DNA from: an uncultured virus (IMG/VR IMGVR_UViG_3300042429_001351)
Taxonomy: Duplodnaviria > Heunggongvirae > Uroviricota > Caudoviricetes
DNA length: 20,000 nucleotides
Strand: one strand, 5' to 3'
IMG/VR virus record: IMGVR_UViG_3300042429_001351
Shown: one piece after another, positions 1-7,264 of the stretch
How the letters are laid out: the number at the start of each line of letters is the position of its first letter
How positions within the stretch are numbered: position 1 is the first letter of the stretch
Notes under the pieces: generated by a model
Seen by the model: only the letters and a program-made list of their open reading frames with translations
Databases searched by the model: none
Told to the model about the DNA's origin: nothing
Position numbers and translations under genes: made by a program

Positions 1-1
1 C

Positions 2-946
2 AAGGCAGTGCAGGGCTCGACATCCGTAGTTAACGCAGTTGGAGTTGTAAACCCACAATGGTTCATATTTAGAAGCGACCCGATTATCCCGATTTCTCCT
101 GTTGGCACAACGGGAATGACAATCCACATAACTTTTACAGCAAACGACGCAACCGCACCTATCTACTTTACTTTGCCGGTTCTATGTCAAAATTACGAAT
201 TTGCTTCAAAAAACACAATACTTAGCAGCGTGGCGCAGAATATACCAAGAGTGTTTTTGGATATTGACTTTGAACAGACCAGTGGGATAGACCTCCCATT
301 TATGAGATTGCTTGATATTTTTACAAATGGACTGGATGAATCATATCAACAAATGGGAAAATACGCATATCTGGATATCGAACAAGGCTACAACGACTCG
401 GACAACACAACAAAAAGTACGCTAGTCAATCCTGACGTGGCCGACTTTGAAACGCTTACATGGTTGTGTAAATTTACGGGAACAAAACCCGTAACACGAT
501 ACGAATCATCACTAGATACGGTGACAGTACCATTTATTTTGGGAGATGAAATTTCCTCTGGTTCACTTCTTGACAGCGATGATGGTTTGCTGCTTACCAG
601 TTACACAGAATTGAGTCCTCCGGTTTTCACGCTTGCGAAACAAGTTGAACTACTTAGTTGGCAGGTTGACAATGGGTATTATGGGATTAATGCTGGTACT
701 CTTCCTGCCGTTGTGGATGCAGCTAAACAACAGCTAACAGGGGAGAAATCAGTTGTTGTGGAGTATGACTATGAAACAACACCATGGGTAATCAATCTTT
801 CCAGTGAGTGGTATGAGACATACGGCTCAACGGGCGAGGAAGATGTTGGGAGTTCATCAAAACTCGTTTTGGGTGCTGTTGAATATGCCCGTCCGCTCGG
901 GGTGAAAATAACACACACAATGACGCATACCGTGACCATACAATGA
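2..946 (+). CDS. Phage baseplate/tail protein, P2 gpI-like (5'-truncated by the window edge)
   Basis: The frame is open from position 2. The pattern LLDIF...LVNPDVADFETLTWLCKFTG...GTLPAVVDAAKQQLTG...RPLGV resembles P2-I-type baseplate wedge proteins, and the gene lies directly upstream of fibre genes. Confidence 0.65.
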   Translation, partial: KAVQGSTSVVNAVGVVNPQWFIFRSDPIIPISPVGTTGMTIHITFTANDATAPIYFTLPVLCQNYEFASKNTILSSVAQNIPRVFLDIDFEQTSGIDLPFMRLLDIFTNGLDESYQQMGKYAYLDIEQGYNDSDNTTKSTLVNPDVADFETLTWLCKFTGTKPVTRYESSLDTVTVPFILGDEISSGSLLDSDDGLLLTSYTELSPPVFTLAKQVELLSWQVDNGYYGINAGTLPAVVDAAKQQLTGEKSVVVEYDYETTPWVINLSSEWYETYGSTGEEDVGSSSKLVLGAVEYARPLGVKITHTMTHTVTIQ

Positions 947-1040
947 TTTTGCTTATTGGTACATCTATTGACGTAAATAATTGACATAAATTTAATAGGT
1001 TATAATTTAGAGACTATCGACGATAAAGGCCCTAGTAACC
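947..1040 (+). promoter_or_regulatory. AT-rich intergenic region with sigma70-like hexamers, candidate promoter for the fibre genes
   Basis: TTGACG at 968-973, TTGACA at 981-986 and TATAAT at 1001-1006. The TTGACA-TATAAT spacing is only 14 nt, which is non-canonical. Confidence 0.4.
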
Positions 1041-2327
1041 ATGACAATCCAGACATTTACAGCAGGACAAAGACTGACAGCGCTTCAGCTGAACACGCTC
1101 CAGGCAAGTGATTTTAATTTTACACGTAACGTTCGAAATGATTTGACGTACACTTTCGCCCTTTCAGATAAAGGTAAATTGGTAGAAAGCACTAATGCTG
1201 GTGCGGCTGTTTTCACGATAGCCAATGACAGTTCTGTCGAATTTACCGTCGGCGACAGAATCGATGTTCTTCTTGCTTCTGTTGGCTCGGTAACCATTTC
1301 TCCTGCCTCTGGGGTGACCCTGTATGCCGAGGGCGACATCACAACAGTTGCCTCAGCATGGACAAGGCTCACCCTTATCAAGAGAGCGGAAAATTCCTGG
1401 GTTATGACCGGTACTGGAATGTCTGTCCAGACCGTGGAACTAGACGACCTTGCAGTCACGACTGCAAAAATCGCCAACCTCAACGTTACAACTGGAAAAA
1501 TAGCAGATGATGCGGTTAACGGCGACAAAATTGCGGACTCTTCTGTAACCTCGGCACACATTGTTGATGGGACCATCGTCAACGGGGACGTCAGTGCTTC
1601 TGCAGCGATTGCTTATAGCAAATTGAATCTTGGGACGTCAATCGTTAATGCTGATGTGAGTGCATCTGCTGCGATTGATTATGCCAAGTTAAATCTTGGC
1701 ACATCAATTGTTAATGCTGACGTCAGTGCATCTGCTGCGATTGTTGACACAAAACTTGCAACCATCTCAACCGCCCTAAAGGTATCGAACTCAGCAACGA
1801 CAGCAACGAATGCTAATACGGCTTCTGCAATTGTTGCCCGCGATGCTTCTGGCGACTTTTCCGCTGGAACCATTACTGCAAATTTGACAGGCATAGCAAC
1901 CTATACGGCGGAGTGGGTTCTTGGAGCAAATGGTTCTAGTCACTACACTTTTGCAGGACCAGGTTTCACTGGTTCTGAAGACGACCCCATCCTCCACCTG
2001 GTTAGAGGGCAAAAATATAAATTCACAAATACGATGGGAGCTCATCCGTTCAGAATCCAAAGCACTGTAAATGGTTCTACGGGAACTGCGTACAATGACG
2101 GAATAACAAACAACGATGTTTCGAACGGAACATTAATTTGGGATGTTCAGTTTGACGCTCCTACTGTCCTTTACTACCAATGCACTGCTCACGGAACAAT
2201 GGGTGGCGCAATTTATATTGTTAACGACACTGCTTCAATGATTGGTACTCGCACTGTGTTCGTTCAACAAGCTACGCCAACCGCTCTTGCGACTGGGGAT
2301 ATCTGGTTCCAGGTAACAGGACTCTAA
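1041..2327 (+). CDS. Tail fibre-like structural protein with C-terminal cupredoxin-like domain
   Basis: N-terminus MTIQTFTAGQRLTALQLN is typical of phage minor tail proteins. It has AVTTAKIA-type shaft repeats, three 22-aa repeats, HPF...YYQCTAHGTMGG, and ends in the P.....GDIW fibre motif. Confidence 0.8.
   Translation: MTIQTFTAGQRLTALQLNTLQASDFNFTRNVRNDLTYTFALSDKGKLVESTNAGAAVFTIANDSSVEFTVGDRIDVLLASVGSVTISPASGVTLYAEGDITTVASAWTRLTLIKRAENSWVMTGTGMSVQTVELDDLAVTTAKIANLNVTTGKIADDAVNGDKIADSSVTSAHIVDGTIVNGDVSASAAIAYSKLNLGTSIVNADVSASAAIDYAKLNLGTSIVNADVSASAAIVDTKLATISTALKVSNSATTATNANTASAIVARDASGDFSAGTITANLTGIATYTAEWVLGANGSSHYTFAGPGFTGSEDDPILHLVRGQKYKFTNTMGAHPFRIQSTVNGSTGTAYNDGITNNDVSNGTLIWDVQFDAPTVLYYQCTAHGTMGGAIYIVNDTASMIGTRTVFVQQATPTALATGDIWFQVTGL
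1575..1757 (+). repeat. 66-bp (22-aa) tandem repeat, about 2.8 copies
   Basis: Units IVN(G/A)DVSASAAI..(S/A/T)KL start at 1575, 1641 and 1707. The first two continue NLGTS. Confidence 0.9.
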
Positions 2328-2328
2328 T

Positions 2329-4215
2329 ATGGCAATTCAATGGGGTGCATACGTTGGCCCTGCGTCAGGCTCAGGATTTAGTACTTCCAACAGGATGCGC
2401 GTTGGCGTTGAGCTTACCGCTTCAACTCCAGCGTCAGGTCTGGATACAACCAGCACCATAACTGCTCAGATGTACACCCAGAACGAATTGTCTGGTACAT
2501 CAAACTGGAATGATGCTCAAACACTGTCATCCGTTGCAAGCGTTGCTGGAGCCACATGGGGAGCGGGTGGTGCGGCTTTTACAAACCAGGAGTCAAACGG
2601 AATAACTGCTAGAGGTGTTCTTAAAACCTACACCTATACATACTCAACCTACGGTTCCAGCCCTGGAAATATCTCTTTCCAAGCAACTCTCGGTGGAGCG
2701 TTTAACGGCATCACTCCGACCGTGACTGCAACTCTTGCAATTCCCGCAAGACCTGTTACAACGACTACCACAACTACTACAACTACTACCACAACGACCA
2801 CACCAGCACCGCCGTTTTTCCCGCCAGAATTTACACCGGCAACGACTACAACAACGACTACCACTACGACGACTACGCTCCCTCCGGCTACTGCTCCAGG
2901 CGCACCAACAACAGTTCTCGGAACTGCTGGTAATGCTCAGGTTGCATTGTCTTGGACAGCTCCAGCTTCGAATGGTGGGGCATCGATTACCGATTATGTA
3001 GTGCAGTATTCTTCTGACTCGGGCTCAACATGGGCAACATTTGCTGACGGTACATCAACTGCAGCGTCCGCCACAGTAACGGGTCTGACGAACGGAACAA
3101 GCTACATATTCCGTGTCGCAGCAGTGAACAGTGTTGGGACTGGAAGTTACTCAACATCATCGTCGGCAGTGACGCCGGTAACTACGCCGGGGGCACCAGT
3201 AACGATTACCGCAACTCCTGGTAGTGGAGAAGTTGGATTGACATGGCTTGCCCCTGCATCAACAGGTGGGTCAAGCATCACTGATTATTCCGTTCAATAT
3301 TCTTCTGACTCGGGTGGAACGTGGAGCTTGTTTTTTGAGGGCGTGTCAACCGCAACATCAGCAACTGTTACAGGCCTGACGAACGGAACGAGTTACACAT
3401 TCCGTGTTGCTGCGACAAACAGTGTTGGGACTGGACCTTACTCATTGTCATCGTCGGCAGTGACGCCTTCTGCTGCAACAACTACGACTACAACCACCAC
3501 TACAACTGCTGCCCCTACGACGACTACAGCTACAACCGCTGCTCCTGGTGTGAGTATCTCCAAGGTTTGGAATGGTTCATCCTGGGTTGCTACAACCCCC
3601 CAGGTATGGAACGGAACGGCATGGGTGTCAGCAATATCCCGCGCATGGGATGGTATTCAATGGGTGGCTCCAGGGGCTACGACTACGACGGCTGCTCCAA
3701 CGACAACTACCACTACCACGACGACGCTTGCTCCAACGACTACAACAACGACTACCACTGCCGCCCCTACGACTACAACAACGACTACCACTGCCGCTCC
3801 TACGACTACGGCTGCGCCTACAACAACTGGAGCCCCTCCATGCTTCGGTTGTACTACTGCCTCGTGGGACGGTGTCACGTATTCATGCGATGGCACAATG
3901 AGTTACGAGTATTGGACGGCTGGATGTCCTGGATGTACAGGTGAAGGCGGATATAACGGAGCCTACAGAGACGGGAAGTGCGGTTACACGGCACCCGTGA
4001 CCACCGAGGCCACGGCTGCACCAGTTGTTTGCACTCCTTTCGACGGATATTCCTGGACTGGGGGCTATTACTATGGAGCACTCAACGAAGGTGGAGCGAG
4101 CTGTGCAACTTGGTGTAGCTGCAACCCAGTCACCAATGGCTATAGTCAATCTGTATGGAAAATATACGCCAAAGCCGGTTGTGGAAACGCCAACCTATTC
4201 ATAGGCTGTAGTTAA
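2329..4215 (+). CDS. Mucin-like Thr/Pro-rich virion protein with two fibronectin type III domains and a Cys-rich C-terminus
   Basis: T15 and T12 runs flank PAPPFFPPEF. There are two FN3 units (PGAP...V.L.W.AP...GG..ITDY.VQYS...TVTGLTNGTSY.FRVAA.N.VGTG.YS), (T)nAAP repeats, three W(N/D)GxxWV repeats and 12 Cys in the last ~125 aa. The start is 1 nt after the upstream stop. Confidence 0.8.
   Translation: MAIQWGAYVGPASGSGFSTSNRMRVGVELTASTPASGLDTTSTITAQMYTQNELSGTSNWNDAQTLSSVASVAGATWGAGGAAFTNQESNGITARGVLKTYTYTYSTYGSSPGNISFQATLGGAFNGITPTVTATLAIPARPVTTTTTTTTTTTTTTTPAPPFFPPEFTPATTTTTTTTTTTTLPPATAPGAPTTVLGTAGNAQVALSWTAPASNGGASITDYVVQYSSDSGSTWATFADGTSTAASATVTGLTNGTSYIFRVAAVNSVGTGSYSTSSSAVTPVTTPGAPVTITATPGSGEVGLTWLAPASTGGSSITDYSVQYSSDSGGTWSLFFEGVSTATSATVTGLTNGTSYTFRVAATNSVGTGPYSLSSSAVTPSAATTTTTTTTTTAAPTTTTATTAAPGVSISKVWNGSSWVATTPQVWNGTAWVSAISRAWDGIQWVAPGATTTTAAPTTTTTTTTTLAPTTTTTTTTAAPTTTTTTTTAAPTTTAAPTTTGAPPCFGCTTASWDGVTYSCDGTMSYEYWTAGCPGCTGEGGYNGAYRDGKCGYTAPVTTEATAAPVVCTPFDGYSWTGGYYYGALNEGGASCATWCSCNPVTNGYSQSVWKIYAKAGCGNANLFIGCS
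2758..2886 (+). repeat. Poly-Thr coding tract (ACN codons) with central PPFFPP
   Basis: 15 Thr codons at 2758-2802 and 12 more after PAPPFFPPEFTPA. All four ACN codons are mixed. Confidence 0.9.
2896..3474 (+). repeat. 291-bp tandem duplication encoding two FN3 domains
   Basis: Identical DNA blocks at a 291-nt offset, e.g. ctgacgaacggaac at 3085/3376, aacagtgttgggactgga at 3127/3418 and tcatcgtcggcagtgacgcc at 3157/3448. Confidence 0.9.
3478..3831 (+). repeat. (Thr)n-Ala-Ala-Pro mucin-type repeats interrupted by three W(N/D)GxxWV repeats
   Basis: Translation TTTTTTTTTTAAPTTTTATTAAP...KVWNGSSWV/QVWNGTAWV/RAWDGIQWV...TTTTTTTTAAP repeated. Confidence 0.85.
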
Positions 4216-4251
4216 GCGCAAATTCTATTCCTAGAATAAACAGGAGAATAC

Positions 4252-4488
4252 ATGTCAGACGCACCAAGATTCATCAACCCACGAGAAACACCAGACGGAT
4301 TCGAATGGTTTGCCTTTGTTGTAGATGGCGAAGTGGCTTGGTCGGAGCCTGTACCAATCCAAGAAGAAGCAAAAATTGCTGCACTTTTGTCTGGTGTGCA
4401 AGCGGTACGTCTTGCCGGAGATGAAAGATTCACGGTTATTTCTGGATACGGATACACGGATGGTGTATTCACTCCTCCGACTGTCTAA
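4252..4488 (+). CDS. Hypothetical protein (78 aa)
   Basis: Good RBS (CAGGAG) shortly before the ATG, with TAGAAT at 4232-4237 upstream. The ORF fills the gap on the coding strand. FAFVVDGEV...Y.DG.F..P resembles small phage proteins that follow fibre genes. Confidence 0.75.
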   Translation: MSDAPRFINPRETPDGFEWFAFVVDGEVAWSEPVPIQEEAKIAALLSGVQAVRLAGDERFTVISGYGYTDGVFTPPTV

Positions 4489-4506
4489 ATTTTCCTTATA
4501 TTGATG

Positions 4507-4521
4507 TAGGATGCCTTTATG
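4507..4521 (+). promoter_or_regulatory. Putative leaderless promoter (-10 TAGGAT, 6 nt, ATG)
   Basis: gatgTAGGATgcctttATG with no SD sequence. The same geometry recurs at other gene starts. Confidence 0.5.
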
Positions 4522-4749
4522 ACAAGTCCATGGCAAGAGTATAAAAAAAAGCTCGGCGACACACGTCCGTGGGATTTGGTAAACCCACATATTGAACACG
4601 TTTCCGAGGACGTTTCATCAGCGCGATACGCAATATGTGAAGCGTGTCCAAGTTTGCTAAAACTTACCCACCAGTGCAAAGAATGTGGTTGCTTCATGAA
4701 ACTAAAAGTAAAACTACCTGCAGCAGCTTGCCCGCTCGGCAAATGGTAG
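4519..4749 (+). CDS. Small Cys-rich metal-binding protein (DUF6171-like)
   Basis: RYAICEACP...THQCKECGCFM..K.KL..A.CPLGKW, with 6 Cys including two CxxC pairs. Confidence 0.75.
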   Translation: MTSPWQEYKKKLGDTRPWDLVNPHIEHVSEDVSSARYAICEACPSLLKLTHQCKECGCFMKLKVKLPAAACPLGKW

Positions 4750-5762
4750 TAAAAGAGAATTTAAATAAGTACAAGATAACCGATGCCCAAATAGACCCAT
4801 TCGGTTACTGTAACGCGAAGTGCTGGTTCTGCCCTGTCAGGTATCAAAAGAATCCCCCACATGCAGCAAAGCATATGCCGGTTGATTTATTGGACAAGAT
4901 ATTTTCTGAGTTGATAAAAGAAAAAGAAAAACCAAACGGTGTAGTTGAAGCAAACTTTAATCATTTTTATACCGCTCACTACAATGAGATTTTGCTATAC
5001 AAGCACTTGGACGAGATGCTGTATTTGGCCAAATGTTATGGGTTAAAAACCATGATACTTTCAAACGGTGTCAATCTCACCGAAGAAAAGGTGGAGATAC
5101 TCCAACGACACAAAGACGTTATAAGCGGAATCAATTTAAACATTCCCGCATTTGAGGATGGTTTATGGCAGGAACGTTCAGGAGTCACAAGATACGATTT
5201 TGACCATGTAAGACAAAACGTATTACGAACAATGGAAGCGTTTCCAGAATACACAGCAAATGGAGCGTTTTCAATAGGTGTAAATATACCCACCGCGCCG
5301 CACATGGAAGAAAATGGCGGACGGATGGAGATGCTCGAGAATGCACCAAAGATAGATTTGGACCCCTTGACAGGAGAATCTCCGACACAAGTCGCATTGG
5401 CTAAATCGCTATTTCCCGGTCTCACTGTTTATCCAGTGGAATCATTAATTGATAGGGCTGCGATACTGGCAGAACATAAAGTGATTGATAATGCCAAAGC
5501 AATTTTGAGGTACAACAAAGGCGATAAAACTAGAGTAGTTGGTTGTTCTAATGGAACAATTGGGCGAATATATGGCTGGCTGCATGTCAACGCCCTTGGG
5601 GAAGCGTTTCTCTGCTGTAACGATTATGACTTTGACTATACTTTTGGCAACATGAACGACAGCACACTCGACGAGATATGGCGTAGCGACGAACATGCCG
5701 CAATGATAGAGAGAGCCTTGGGTTCAATATGTGTGTCTTGCGCAAGCGCTATATGGAAATGA
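4743..5762 (+). CDS. Radical SAM protein with C-terminal SPASM/twitch domain
   Basis: CxxxCxxC (CNAKCWFC), YNEILL, ILSNG, and C-terminal C...G...LCCND....GN.....L.EIW.S...C..C. The start is moved to ATG 4743, overlapping the upstream gene end. Confidence 0.9.
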   Translation: MVVKENLNKYKITDAQIDPFGYCNAKCWFCPVRYQKNPPHAAKHMPVDLLDKIFSELIKEKEKPNGVVEANFNHFYTAHYNEILLYKHLDEMLYLAKCYGLKTMILSNGVNLTEEKVEILQRHKDVISGINLNIPAFEDGLWQERSGVTRYDFDHVRQNVLRTMEAFPEYTANGAFSIGVNIPTAPHMEENGGRMEMLENAPKIDLDPLTGESPTQVALAKSLFPGLTVYPVESLIDRAAILAEHKVIDNAKAILRYNKGDKTRVVGCSNGTIGRIYGWLHVNALGEAFLCCNDYDFDYTFGNMNDSTLDEIWRSDEHAAMIERALGSICVSCASAIWK

Positions 5763-5763
5763 T

Positions 5764-6687
5764 ATGGCATCGATATTCATACAAATACCTTCTTATAGGG
5801 ATTTTGAATTAAACAAAACTGTTGCCAGCGCAGTGACCAATGCGAGCGGAGCAAACAAGCTTTCGTTTGGTATTCATAACTGCATTTTGTTTGATGGCGA
5901 AATAGAAGTTAAAACAGATTACCCAGAATGGGTCACTATTAACTCGGCGACAAGTATTGCACCGCAAAACATAGGCCTACAGCAGGCAAGGTATTTAGCA
6001 AACGAGTTTTACGACGGAGAAGACTACTACCTTCAAATTGACTCGCACATGCGATTTTTCGAAAATTGGGACGCATCACTCATCAACGATATACGCTACT
6101 ATCAAAACCTGGGCTTGCCTAAGCCACTTATTACTCAGTATCCGCCAGCTTATACATACAACGACGACGGAAAAGAAAACATTCAATTCAATCAGCCGTT
6201 TTATCAATGTGGAATCTGGTTTGGCGAGAAGGTAGAAAATTTTAAGGAAACCCTAATTCCCACACAGCAAGCTCGGGTTCTTTTTGATACTTGTGGATTT
6301 ATTAAATCTGTTTCTGGCGGTTTTATATTCACACTCGGAAGTTTTGCAAAAGTTAAACCAAATCCAAAAATTGCCTTTTGGGGAGAGGAACCACTGATTG
6401 CCGCAAGGGCTTTTACTCATGGATTCGACCTGGTGATGCCCTTCTCTCACAATGTGTCTCATTTATATCACTCTCAACAGACATTTGCCAAAACACGTCG
6501 CCACCACATATGGGGTGATTTTTCAGAAATCTGGGGGATGATGGATGCTGAATCCAGAACAGAATACAAGAGAATATTCACCGAACGAATAATTGGCGAA
6601 GGGGCATTAGGGACAGAACGCACCCTAGATGAATACGAGGAGTTTTCTGGTTTAAATTTCAGAGACGGAACCATAACCTCATTATGA
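5764..6687 (+). CDS. GT60-family (Gnt1/TcOGNT-like) UDP-GlcNAc:polypeptide N-acetylglucosaminyltransferase
   Basis: Motifs IFIQIPSYRD.EL..T, G...AR..A...Y.GE.Y.LQIDSHMRF...WD..LI, IT.YPP.Y, SGGF.F, F.GEE....ARAFTHG.D and HLY are characteristic of the Pfam GlcNAc/GT60 family. ATG 5764 is 1 nt after the rSAM stop. Confidence 0.85.
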   Translation: MASIFIQIPSYRDFELNKTVASAVTNASGANKLSFGIHNCILFDGEIEVKTDYPEWVTINSATSIAPQNIGLQQARYLANEFYDGEDYYLQIDSHMRFFENWDASLINDIRYYQNLGLPKPLITQYPPAYTYNDDGKENIQFNQPFYQCGIWFGEKVENFKETLIPTQQARVLFDTCGFIKSVSGGFIFTLGSFAKVKPNPKIAFWGEEPLIAARAFTHGFDLVMPFSHNVSHLYHSQQTFAKTRRHHIWGDFSEIWGMMDAESRTEYKRIFTERIIGEGALGTERTLDEYEEFSGLNFRDGTITSL

Positions 6688-7262
6688 AGAATCTCAAAAA
6701 GATAAGTGACGATATATATATTGTAAACCTTGTTAGCGGTCGACTTGCTGCGAGGATTATGGATTCCATAAAATTACTCGAAAAGAAAGAGCCATGTGGA
6801 GGAAGTGAACGAAACCAGTTTACGACACATTCCATAAGTGATTCCGCCTGTGTTGGTGGAATAAGACTTACAACAATTCTGCAATCGATATTCAAGAGAC
6901 TAACAAATCAATACTTTCTGAGTACTGGCGTAAGACTAGAAGTTCCATCGTTCCCGAATCAAAGCTGCAATATCAAGAGTCAAGTCAAAGGCCAATCACA
7001 CGGGGTGCATACCGATGGAGGGGACAAGGATTACGGAATTGGCAGGATTCTCCACTCGTCGGTTATATGCCTAAATGATGACTACGAGGGCGGGAGCACG
7101 CAGTTTTACCTAACTGGGACAATGGAAGAACCAAACATTGATATTGACATAAAACTCAAGGCAGGTCAAGCATTAATATTTGACGCGAATCTGAACTATC
7201 ATGGGGTTACCGAAGTCCTATCTGGGACTAGGTTTAGCTTGATTCAATTTTGGAGAGAGTAG
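6684..7262 (+). CDS. 2OG-Fe(II) oxygenase, prolyl-4-hydroxylase-like
   Basis: HTD...SSVICLNDDYEGG.T.F...G.ALIFD....HGVTEVLSGTRFS, i.e. HxD..H..RxS. ATGA overlap with the GT gene. Confidence 0.9.
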   Translation: MKNLKKISDDIYIVNLVSGRLAARIMDSIKLLEKKEPCGGSERNQFTTHSISDSACVGGIRLTTILQSIFKRLTNQYFLSTGVRLEVPSFPNQSCNIKSQVKGQSHGVHTDGGDKDYGIGRILHSSVICLNDDYEGGSTQFYLTGTMEEPNIDIDIKLKAGQALIFDANLNYHGVTEVLSGTRFSLIQFWRE

Positions 7263-7264
7263 TC

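Noticed and set aside
2758..3831. Repetitive ACN tracts as a CRISPR array, microsatellite or DGR repeat pair
   Set aside because: There is no constant repeat with unique spacers, codons are synonymously mixed, the FN3 repeat differences are not adenine-specific, and no reverse transcriptase is present in the window.
2649..3944. Poly-Val (- strand) and Leu/Gln/Arg- or Tyr/Asp/Asn-rich alternative-frame ORFs (2649-2864, 2735-3001, 3567-3944, 3572-3901, 3657-3896)
   Set aside because: These are shadows of the ACN poly-Thr tracts, which lack stops in other frames. There are no independent start signals.
4222..4237. Small inverted repeat ATTCTA-TTCC-TAGAAT as a terminator after the fibre gene
   Set aside because: The stem is weak and AT-rich with no U-tract. 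It is better explained as containing a -10-like TAGAAT.
4644..4742. ORF-track N-terminal extension of the radical SAM gene
   Set aside because: It overlaps the Cys-rich 76-aa gene by about 100 nt. ATG 4743 gives normal coupling and puts CxxxCxxC near the N-terminus. Upstream starts at 5731, 7250 and 9705 were trimmed for the same reason.
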